From the IMG/VR virus record IMGVR_UViG_3300027205_000173, positions 1 through 64,000 of that record: DNA of 64,000 nt; one strand, written 5' to 3'. Origin of the DNA: a virus. Lineage: Duplodnaviria; Caudoviricetes. The notes under the pieces are model-generated. The model did not search any database, had not been told where the DNA came from, and worked only from the letters and a program-made list of their open reading frames with translations. Shown here in pieces: positions 39,536 through 50,700 of the stretch (the stretch's first letter is position 1; each line of letters begins with the position of its first letter). Made by a program: the position numbers and the translations under genes.

Positions 39536-41665
39536 TTACTTGGTCGTTGAAGGATTGTCTACCTCGGCAGCGAGCATCTCAAACTCAACGAGAGATTGAA
39601 TAAACTCTTCTGCCGGGTTGGACTTTTCTGCCGTTTTCCAATTTTCGGGAAGCATTTCCTCAAGACCCAACGCTGCAGCACGTGACTTGATGTGTGCTTT
39701 TGCTGCATCTGAGTCCTTTGCTCTTCCATGAGCCATGATTGCGTTGCGGAGATCGTTTTCGCTTGCAATTGGGAACGATCCATCAGGCATTGCGGTGCCT
39801 TCTTTTGCCATCTCTTGACGCTTATCTTCTGGGAATGCACGCTTGAGGGCGATTTCTGCTGCCTCTGCTTCGATTTCTGCTGTTTCGTCAGAGTTGTATG
39901 AGTCGTAGCCGAGCGTTTCGCCATCAAGTGCAACAAAAACGTCGTATGACTTGCCATCAACGCCATCGATTTCAACTTGATAAGAGTCGAAACCTTCAAA
40001 CACTGCTGGCTCTACGGCGACAACACTGCCAGGGATCGATTTGACAGCAATTTCTGCTGCTTCGTTAAAGTCGATGAGTTCGATGTCATCCATGATTGAC
40101 TTCTGTGAAAGAACTGAGTCATCCAGACGATGAAAGCCAAGAACTTCTGCTGATGTTCCATCAACGAATACTTCGTTAATGCTTCCAGACTTTGTCTCTA
40201 CGTCAATAACGTACATGTCCGCATCTTGCGAGTAGCCGGAGTCAATGACTTCGCCCTTGAACATAACTTCGACGAGTCCTTCGACGTGGAGGAGTCCTGG
40301 CATTCCTTTTTCTGCCATGCATCCACCAGGGCAGTCATCACATACGGATGCTGCGCCAGGATATACCTTGCGGTCGATAGCACACATATAGCCATTCATG
40401 CCTACATCTGCTGACTTTGTTCCAAGTTTACGTAGGCGTGCCATACGCATTGCTTCTAGATCGGGTGCCATATCCATATCGTCGGCTTCTCCTTCTTCGT
40501 CTTCCATGTACATTTCTTCGTTGTCTTCATCTTCAGGCATCATTTCGTCTGCCCTACGTTGCATTAGGCTGCGACGCATTTGTTGTGGCCTAGAACTGTT
40601 ACCCCTGCTTGGCATCATGTACATTTTGCCTTCTTCGTCCATCATGTACTCGTTACCTTCGTCATCCATATACATTTCTTCGTCCTCGTCGTACATTTCT
40701 TCATCAGAAGCCTTGCGAGGCATCGCATCAGAAATGCCGAGTATGTCGCGTCCTACCGCGAAGATTGGCTTAGGAGTGCCACCAGTTGATCTTCGTTCCC
40801 ATGGACCCCACATTGCTTCACTGCGGCGATTACTTGAATGGCCTGGGCTCGCCGTGGGTCTTGCACCGCCGCCGCCTGGCCGTGCGGCCATCTTGCCTTC
40901 ATCTTCCATGCCCATGTTCTCTTCGTCGTCCATGTACATTTCTTCTTCGTCGTCCATCATTTCTTCAGCCAACATTTGCATTCTTCCGGTCGGAGGTCGC
41001 TGCATAACTCCGCCACCGCCAGGCTTCCGGGGTCCGCGAGGACGTGGTCTTGGGTCTGGCAATGGGCCTGGGCCTGGGCGTCCACCACGACCGCCGCCGC
41101 CCATGCCGTACATGCCTTTTTCTTCTTCGTCCATATACTCTTCGTCGTCCATGTACATTTCTTCGTCCTCATCATCTTCGGGCATCATTTCTTCACCCTT
41201 GACTGGGCGGTAGAGACCATCTTGCATTGATGCGGTGTAGGCGCGACGGGTTGCTTTTGGTGTTTGCCACATTCCAGCACCCTTGGTTTTGAGCATGGGC
41301 TTACCATTCTCCATTGGTGCTTCTTCTTCTGATTCTTCTAATAAATCTTCTTCATCAGTGGTTTCTTCTTCGTCTTCTTCGTCGACGGGAACCATTTTGA
41401 TTTCGACAGCCATTGCGCCACATTTTCCACAGACTTTTTTGTCTGCTTCATATCCACATTCGGAGCCAGGCAAAGACTTGGCACACTTGATTACAGTACC
41501 ATCACCATCAATTTTGACGACCGATTTTTCGTTTAAATCCATTATGTGAGACTCCTTATAGTGAATGCTCTTGTCGAGACATCCGTTATGGCTGGGGCAA
41601 CCACTACAAGGAATATTAGCCTGTTCGGCTTCTACCATGCAGAAGTATTTGGATATTTTTTTCAT
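39536..41665 (-). CDS. 709-aa scaffold-like protein: Cys clusters, alternating acidic and basic blocks, 2x PepSY-like, C-terminal DUF6582-like domain
   Basis: D/E/M/Y blocks ending in K|G/M/A; IDFNEAAEIAVKSIPGSVVAVE...YQVEI...YDVFV...GETLG (PepSY); AMPDGSFPI...DLRNAI...HIKSRA...LPENW. Confidence 0.7.
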   Translation of the reverse strand: MKKISKYFCMVEAEQANIPCSGCPSHNGCLDKSIHYKESHIMDLNEKSVVKIDGDGTVIKCAKSLPGSECGYEADKKVCGKCGAMAVEIKMVPVDEEDEEETTDEEDLLEESEEEAPMENGKPMLKTKGAGMWQTPKATRRAYTASMQDGLYRPVKGEEMMPEDDEDEEMYMDDEEYMDEEEKGMYGMGGGGRGGRPGPGPLPDPRPRPRGPRKPGGGGVMQRPPTGRMQMLAEEMMDDEEEMYMDDEENMGMEDEGKMAARPGGGGARPTASPGHSSNRRSEAMWGPWERRSTGGTPKPIFAVGRDILGISDAMPRKASDEEMYDEDEEMYMDDEGNEYMMDEEGKMYMMPSRGNSSRPQQMRRSLMQRRADEMMPEDEDNEEMYMEDEEGEADDMDMAPDLEAMRMARLRKLGTKSADVGMNGYMCAIDRKVYPGAASVCDDCPGGCMAEKGMPGLLHVEGLVEVMFKGEVIDSGYSQDADMYVIDVETKSGSINEVFVDGTSAEVLGFHRLDDSVLSQKSIMDDIELIDFNEAAEIAVKSIPGSVVAVEPAVFEGFDSYQVEIDGVDGKSYDVFVALDGETLGYDSYNSDETAEIEAEAAEIALKRAFPEDKRQEMAKEGTAMPDGSFPIASENDLRNAIMAHGRAKDSDAAKAHIKSRAAALGLEEMLPENWKTAEKSNPAEEFIQSLVEFEMLAAEVDNPSTTK

Positions 41666-41718
41666 TTTAATCTAGGTTAAGTGTACAACAAACTAACATA
41701 AGTGCATGTAAATTACTG

Positions 41719-44700
41719 TTATTCATTGAGTGGAATCTTTACAGTGCGACCGGACTCGTTGGTTTTTTCTACAAATCGAGAATTAACCGGTTTTGCTGTT
41801 TTTCTGATAAATGTTGTCATGCCCGCTTCGGCTAGTTTGTCAAGCATTTGGGCAAACATATTAGTTCTGGAACCATCCGTCTGGGTCTGACGATCAACGA
41901 CGTGCATCAAGGCATCCATTACATCGTCCAGTTCACTCTGAGTAAGATACAAAGCACCAGCGTTGGTTCTCTTTCCACCAACATCGCCAGACTTCTGCCT
42001 ATCCATAATCTTTGTCAAATTTCTTAAAGAATTGGCAGTTTTGGAATCTCCAGACCTTTGTGCCTCAGAAATTTCCCTGCTCAATGATTGCTCTACCTTA
42101 TTGAACTCAGTTGCTTCCCAGCGAATTTCAGCGCGACCATCTTGTTCCGTTCCAGAACGTGAACGCATTCCTGCTTTTGGCTGCCGTTCGGCATTCTTGC
42201 GAGAACCTATGTAGCCATTGACTAGGCTCGAACGGGAACGTAGACCTTCTCCAGTCATAAATCTTGGAGTCGGATTGTCATCTTCCTCGCCACCGAGAGA
42301 AACGCCCGCTTGTTCACGAGAAGTATTTCCTCGCTTGATAAAAGGATCAGAATCTATATCATCATACAATTCTTCAAGGGTGTTCTTGAGTTTTGTGGCA
42401 TTATTGACACTCTTGCGTTCTGCTGGGCTCATTTCCTCCCCATCAAAACCAATAGTGTAATCATCAAGTGCTTCAATGATCGAACTCAATTTAGAAAGAG
42501 TCAAGTCAGTATCGTCGCCACCATCCTCAGCCTGAACCAAGTCCATCACTTCGTCCCATAGACGACCATGCTCATCTTCAGCATCGCCATCAATAATCGC
42601 ACCACTAATACTGTCCTGCGCCTTTGCAACGACTTTCTCAATAGTCGACATTTGCTTTTGGCGAACCTTTTTTGCTAACGCTGCTCGATTCTCTGGAGTT
42701 GTCTCGGCATCATCTGCCCGACGAGGTGAGTCTTGTTCCATAACTTCTGGACGACGTGTCACTGGGCCGGCTTCAGCCGAACGCTTCATTCTCTCGGCAA
42801 GTGCTTCCCGACGAGCAGTAATTCTGTCCTGCTGATCTTCAGCATCACGCAAACGCCTAAATGCAGCATTATATTCGCCGACCTGGATGCCGTTCGGATT
42901 AGTTGACTCGTCGTACTTGCCTGCAGAAATTAACGCATCAAACTTTTCATCTAGTGACAAAGTTTCGTAGTTTTCTGGAAGAGCATCCTTGGCCGTTCGT
43001 GGACCCTTGCCCTTTCCTGGACGAGAAGTAGACACGGCGCTGCCAGTTTGTGAACGCATACCAGAACCGACTCGTGACCTAACTCCACCACTACGGTTCT
43101 CTTCAGAGAATCGGTCAAACATATTGCGCAAAGTACTCCACTGACGCGCTGTCATGGTGCCGTTATTCTTCTTGTGAGCCTCAACGAGACCCTTAACTAT
43201 GCGGAAGTTGGGCTGACGACGACCCCAGTCAACAAGTTGACCCTGCATTCTTGGAGTAATATCTGCTGGAGCGCCATTATTGATGCGCTTACCATCGAAT
43301 TCCTCACCAGGCATATCAACATTGGGGCTGGTGTATTTTCCTTCTTTGCTGACTGAGGCCATTTCTAGTGGATCAGCACCAAACATCTTGATCCATGATG
43401 GATCAACTTTCTCTAATTCATCGTACGCCGTCATGACGTTGTCGTATTCTGAAGAAAGAATTGTCAAAGAACGACCAGGATTAGATTTTTTCTGATTCTG
43501 TAATTCCTCAAGAAGATTATCGTACTTCTTCATACCGTAAGTAATCATGCCGTTTCCGCCATGCTTCGCAGTAATTCCACGAATTTCATCACGAATTAAG
43601 CCAATTTCATCTACGGAAAGATTGACTTCCATTTTTTGATGTCTTGCTCCCGCTCGTGAACGGAAACCACCACCACCACGGGCTATATTAAGTTTTTTAT
43701 TGATTTTTTCTGCTGCTTCTGACAAGAAATTAGATGCTGCATACTCATCATTGCCCCACATGTCATTGGCGAGGTTGCTAATATTCGTAACTTGAGACTG
43801 AACTCGCTCAAGGTCACTGTCTTCGGTAATCCCGTTACGAAGCAATTCAATGGCATTGCCGTATACGGACTTTTCGTCTTCACTCATTGGAATCCGACGC
43901 AAATCACGTTCTAGGAAATCAACCGTCGTTGACTCAACACCATTAACATCACCATTTGGCTTGACGGAGTATGTCGCATTACGCTTCACATCATTGAGTG
44001 CTTTACCGAGACTCTCTGCTTCTTCAATGCTGTCTGCGTCATCAGCAGAAATACCACCAAATACGTAAGCCCCACCACCCTTATATTGGACGACCAACTC
44101 TTCTTTAGCGGCATCGTAACGAACGAAGTCAACAGCACTACTTTCGGCCATTCTGCGTGAAGGATAGATTTCGCGTGATTCGCCCAACCCTGTTCCGGCT
44201 TTGCTTCGCATGCCGTCAGCAATTTCTTGCACATCATCTGGATCGTCCGGATCGTCCGGCGGTCGCTTCGCTGCGGCTGCGAATCGTCTAGGCTCAATAT
44301 CCCTATCTTTGTTACGTCTAATAATTTCGCCAGGTTTGAATTTTTCACCGACTTCAAGTCCTTCTTCGCGATTAGAACGTGAACGCAAGCCCGCCTTTTT
44401 CATCCGCTCTTCATGCTTAATTAAATATTTTCTTGCTGCTTGTCTTCTTTGACGTGAAGCGGGTTTGCGCGCATCGGAACTGGGTTGATTTGCTATAGCA
44501 CCAAATCGTCTTTGAATATTTTTATCTGCAGCCTTACGTACTTCAAGATTCTCGTCTTCAAGTAAGTCTTTGATTGTTTCCAAATATGCCATATCATTAT
44601 TTGCAACATTTAGTCTAGTTTGAACATCCTCGCGACGTGAAAGTTCATCAAGATAATTGGGCGACATTAGATTCAGCCTGGAATCATGCGCAGCATCTCT

Positions 44701-47700
44701 TCGGTCTGCTTCTACATTTGCTGACGTTCCACCAGAGCGTGAACGCAATCCTTCTAGGGGACGTCTGCCCGGCTTTCCAGCAGCACGGACACGGTCAAGG
44801 CTGCGGAATTGCTCATCCTCGTAGAATACGTCGTCATTTCCCTGGTCTTCAATGTTTTGCAGGAAGTCCATGGCGTCTTCAACGGAATCAAACTCTTCAT
44901 CATCCGCTCCGCCATAGAAATACTCCACGCCATCTTCTGTACGGAACATACCAACAACTCCGTATCCGGGAGTGTCGTCGCCATAAATATCAGCCAGAGG
45001 GATAACTTCTGCGTCTACATTTTCGCCGTTAAGTCGATCAATCCACTTTGATCCCGTGTTGTATTTTGATTCGGCAACACCTTCACGCACCCCACCCGAA
45101 CCACCTTCGTCATCGTAAGAACGACGTGAACGCATGCCGGAAGTTGGCTTTGAATTAGTTCCAGGTTTACGCGATTTATTTTCTTTTCTGCGTCGATCAA
45201 TTTCTTGTTTTGCCGCAAAATAGGAATCCCTGATCTTCTTCTTTTCAAGCGGGTCATCGACACTGACTTTTCCGTCCGTAACATCGAACCAATCATTCAT
45301 TAAATTCTTTAGTTCTTCATCTGTGGCGTCTTCCATATTGGTTGATCCAGAATTTGTTTGTGAACGCATGCCTTCTAGTGGACGTCTGCCAGGCTTTCCA
45401 GCAGCACGAACACGGTCAAGACTACGGAATTCCGGATCACCATACAAAATTCCCTCATTACCCTGGTCATCAACATTTTGCAAGAAGTCCATAGCATCTT
45501 CAACAGAATCGAACTCTTCATCGTCCCCGCCATAGAAATACTCAATCCCACCGAATCCATCGTCAGTTCTATAAACGCCGACCACGCCATATCCAGGCCT
45601 GTCGTCACCATAAATATCCGCTAATGGAATAACATCGGCATCAACATTGTCGCCCTTGAGTTGATCAATCCACATGAAGCCTTCAAAATGTTCAGACTCT
45701 GCGACTCCTTCGCGAACACCACGCGAACCACTTTCGTCATCGTAAGAACGACGTGAACGCATTCCTTGCTGGCGTCCACCACGAGAACCAGACGGTCTGC
45801 TCACGTTCGGGAATGTGTCATTCGTACCAAAGGTGCGTGTTTCGGTAGTTCCATCAGACATGTTCTCCAACACCATTGTGACGTAGCCATCTTCTTGGCC
45901 ATCACTACGGATATCGGCAATACGAACCATCGGCTCGCCAACAGCACTAGTTTCATCATCCCAATTTTCGGGAAGAACATCACCAGGTGCTAAATCTATA
46001 ATGTTTGCTCGCGCTTCAACACCACGTTCTCTGTCGCCCAATTTGGGCCCTTTTCGATTAGGACGATTCTTGTACGAGGGCGCAGATTCCCAAGCACGAT
46101 CATCCATCAAGAATCCATTATTAGACAAGATGTCTGATGCTCTTTTATCTTTTGATATTGCGTTTACTAAAGCATCAAGTTTGTCGTCCATGTTGGCTTT
46201 GGCATTATCTCGCAAGGAAATATCTGAACCGACCGATCCTTCGCGATCCGCCCGATAGAAATCAATTTTCACTCCATTATCCAAGAGGTGATTTCGTAAA
46301 TATTTTTCGTTAGAAGACAAGTTCTTATCATCTTTGGAGAAAATTTCGCTTATATAGCCAATTGCGGCACCAGCAGAATTCCCAAAATCTTCACGTGAAC
46401 GGAAACCCCACTCATTTGTGGATGGTCCATCTTTTTTCTTGCCCGGAATTTTCTTCGAGCGAAGTTTTTGTTCTTGCATGATACGAACTTGATCTGGTGT
46501 CAATTTCGTGTTCATTTTACGTTTTTCGGAATTGTTCTTTTTTCCAGAACGTGAGCGCATTCCCCCATTTTTCAATCTGTCAAGTGCTTCTGTGACTTTT
46601 TCGTCAGCAAAATCAGACGACAAATCATCAATTTTTTCAGTTATTAAATAGTCAGGATCAATATCATCAAATTCAGAACCTTCAAAATTATCACGAAGAT
46701 TTGAGACAAACGATATGGCGTCCACGCTGTCCCAATGCTCGTCGTCAAAGAATGCCGGGTCAATCAAGTCTGTAATTAGTGCATCATATTCTTCTTGATT
46801 AATATCGCCATCATCCAGCATTTTCTTATAAGCAACACGGGCTTTCGTTGTGCCAGTTCTACCGACTAATCTCTGGGTGTCTTCACTAACTGCGTATTTT
46901 GCCCAATCAGTAATGCCTTTAATCTCATCATTGACACTATCTAATTCATTTTCAATCTCATCAAAAAGGTCATTTTCTTCATCGTTAAAATCTCGCCCAT
47001 TGGCATAATACTGATCCATTAATTCTTTTGATTTTGCATCAAGTTCATTACGACGTTGTGTGAGTTCTTCCAACTTATTGACTATTCCTTCGGAATTCTT
47101 TGATAAGTAGGCATCTCGCGTATTCTTAAAATTCTCATGCGAACCACTTCGTGAACGCATACCCGAAGAAGATGCTCCCATTAAAGTGTTGATTTCATCT
47201 TCCGTGAAACCAAGTTCCGACATCGTTAAACGACGTTTGTCATTTTGTTCTGCTAAGAATTTTTCTGAATCAAACTTAACTTTTCCTTTTTCGTCACGTT
47301 CAATCATTTCACGACGTGGACGACCAGTGGCATCCAACTCTGGTGCCTTTCTGGTTGCCGACTCAGCGCCTTGCTCTTTGCGTAGGTCAGAAAACTCTTG
47401 ACGTAATGGTGCTTGACGGCGACGGAATTCCGCTAAATCAATTTTCTCATCATCAAGTTCTTTTTCAAGATCACGTTGCTTTTTGATATTGGTATCAATT
47501 TCGGCATCAATATTGCGCCCTGTACGGGAACGTAAGCCCATTGTGCGTTGCTTGTCGCTATCTTTAACAATGTTGTCATACACTTCATTGGCGCGTCTCA
47601 AGATGCTTTCTTTACCTTGAGGAATTCTGCCAGAAGAAACAAAATCTTGGAATTCATCAACAGTTAGCCCATCGCTGAGTATATCCATCGACTCTAAAAA

Positions 47701-50700
47701 TGCGCGATTAGCAATAGATTCCATTTCTGATTCAAATATGCGCTCACCATCATCTGAAGGTCCAGATATTTGGTTTCGTGCATATCCCGCATAGCGACCG
47801 CTCAATACATCGGCAACATCATCTTTGGTAAATCCTTGACGCTTTAGTTCAGAACGAACAATCTTCATCAATTCGGGATTAATCCTCTGGTCACCATCAA
47901 AAATATCTTGCAGTTCTTTATCGCTCAAACCAAATTTCTGGCCGCTACGCTGCGACATTTGGGCAAGAATGTCAAATGCTCGCTGTTCTTTTGTTACTTT
48001 AGGCTCAACGCTGTTATTGCGTTCATTTCTTAAACCATCAGTGATTTTTGAACGGAAACCACGAAGCAGTTCCGGTACGTCGCGAGGACCGTCATAAGAC
48101 CCAAAGCGAAGAGGCTTTGGTTTAAAGTTATCCCAGTCAAGATTTTCTACTGACCAGCCCGTTTGCTGAACAGCACGCTCTTCTACTGGCTTGACATTGC
48201 CTTTTTCTAGATCGTGGGCGTAGGCTTTTCTTTGCGCTTTTCTGTATTGGCGCAATTTCTTTTTGTATTCCTGATCCCACTCTTCGAAAGTAGGGTACCA
48301 ATCCCAAGTATCGTAAGGTTTATTGCTGTCGACATCACGTTTTGCTTGATTGCGGAAAGAATCAAGCATTTCTTGTTTGCGTTGTGCTTTAGATTTTGGC
48401 TTGAAAGTCTCTAGAAGTCTTCTTTCAGCAGGTGTCAGAGTTTCTAGGGCACCATCTGATGGCTTGTAGTCGTCAGGGACGGTTGCTTTCCAGGTTTTGC
48501 TTTCGCTACGACGACGATCTTCTAGTTGGGAGTCAATGACATCTTGTGTTCCTTTTTCTTCTTCTCCCGATGACATGCCGCCATTGGGCAATGTTGATGG
48601 CTCTTGTCCGCGCTTGCGTGCATAAACGCTCTTATCTCCGGCGGAATAATCACCGAAATATTCAGGCTCACGTCCCTCGCTTTGATATACGTCGTAACCA
48701 CGTGAATCAAGTTCTTGAACCAAAGAACTCAATGATGGGCGATCTCTCAAAAGGAGGGAAGAAGATTGTGGATTCCTGTCCCATGGACGCCATGCCGTTT
48801 CTCCATACGATTGAAGAAGTTTAATAAGTTCCTCGTCACTCATATTTTGGAGTGCTTGAACTGGACCTCTTCTTCCGTACGCTGGTTTCAATTTTTTGTC
48901 TGGCTTGCTATCTTCCCTGAATCTACGCGAACGCATGCCACGATCTCTTCTGTTGCGATCAAAAATATTGTCTACAGCATCATCAAGGAGTTCGCGACCC
49001 TTTTCTCTAGCAAATTTCTTAGCCTCTCTCTTGAGGTCTTTGCCAATTTCGCGACCTTGCTTACGTACCGCGTCGCCAAGACGCGAACGCATTCCAACAT
49101 CATCGCGCTGTCGTTCGCCAACATTTTCCCAATGTGTTTGCACGTCAGAATTCCACATTTCTTCGGCACGACTCATTACTTTTTCATTGTCAAGAATGTT
49201 TGACCAATCAACGTCCTTCGGGTCAAGTTCGTCATCTTCGATCATTATTTCGACAGTACGTTCAAGTAAATTCTCGAAATGATCAGAATCTTGATCTAGG
49301 TCCTCGAATTGCTCGTTGTAAGTTGGGCCACGTCGCGAACGCATGCCACGATCTTTGTCGCGTAAAACAAATCCGTCTCTACCCCAAGAACCCTCATGAG
49401 ACATGATCGCATCGGAGACAGCACTTGCTACAAAACGCTTTTTATCTTCAGGTGATGCTTTACTGACATCTATTGACCATGACCAGCCACCGTCAGAGTC
49501 ACCTTCGGTTTCGATGTAATCAACGAGACCACTATCCTGAAGGAAGGAACCTGCAGGACCATCTGCTACATCAACTTCTGTATCAACAAAATCCATCCAG
49601 AGTCTTGATTCCGATGCATCACCCATACCATCGTTGAAGACCCTGACATCCAAGCCTTCTCTAATAACATCATTGTTACTATAGGCGTTATCGATAAGTT
49701 TATTGACTTCAGAAATATTATCCTTAGAAACAAACTCATCTAGTGAACGACCATCAAATATTTCGGGGGCATACTTCTCAATTAAAGGAGTAATTCTGTC
49801 TAGATAATCCTGAGTTGATTCGTCATCACCCTGGAATAGGTCTCTTGGGTCGACACCATCATCTTCAAGAACTTTACGAGCGCGATCTGCTGCTACTTGA
49901 TCCGAATATATTTTTCTCTGAGAAGTTGAGCGCATTCCACGTTCTTCGCGTTCCATATCACGTTGCATGTCTGCTTGCTCGTCAAGCATGTACTGGATGT
50001 ACTCGGGGTCATTTTCTGCTTCGCGTTGACGCTTCAGGCGATTCTCTTCACGCAGTTCTCGCATCGACTTCTGGGGCTTCTTGCGCGGTGCGTTGAGGCG
50101 ATTTTCACGGAACTGGCGGTCATCTTGTTCGTCAAGTTGATAATCGATTTCCGGATCACCCGAGCGTGAACGGAAACCGCGAACCCAGCCACGATCTTCC
50201 TCTTGGGCATTCTCTAAATCACTTTCAGCAGCCTTCTGGATATCGTCATCGAAGGCATCGGAATTATTGTATTCTTTAAACAATTTTTCCATTGCGGCAA
50301 TAGGGTCGTCTGATTCATTGACGTCATCCAGAAGGGAATCCCACTCGTCGTCAGTCATGTCCTTGTATTTGTCTACATTTTCTCTAGTCCAATCGCGAGC
50401 AGTCTCGTAATATCTATCCGAGTCCATCCTGCTCCACTCTTCGCCAACGTTTTCCATAATTGGTTCTAAGGGATCGTCATCTGGCTCATACCATGAATCA
50501 GGAGGACCAACATAGCCACGTGAACGCATGCCACGATCTTCGCGTTCCATATTGCGCTGATCGTCAGCCCACTCATCGAGCATTGCTTCGGTGTCATATT
50601 CTGCGGCATCGCGTTGACGCTTTAAACGATTCTCTTCGCGAAGTTCACGCATCGACTTCTGAGGCTTCTTGCGTGGTGCGTCAAGACGATTTTCACGGAA

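Noticed and set aside
40398-41213. Long antisense ORFs (this 271-aa one, also 5226-5837, 22209-22826, 24221-24814, 50780-51367, 53355-53942)
   Set aside because: They are shadows of low-complexity or codon-biased sense genes (poly-Ser mirrors of Asp/Glu runs) with no independent motifs.
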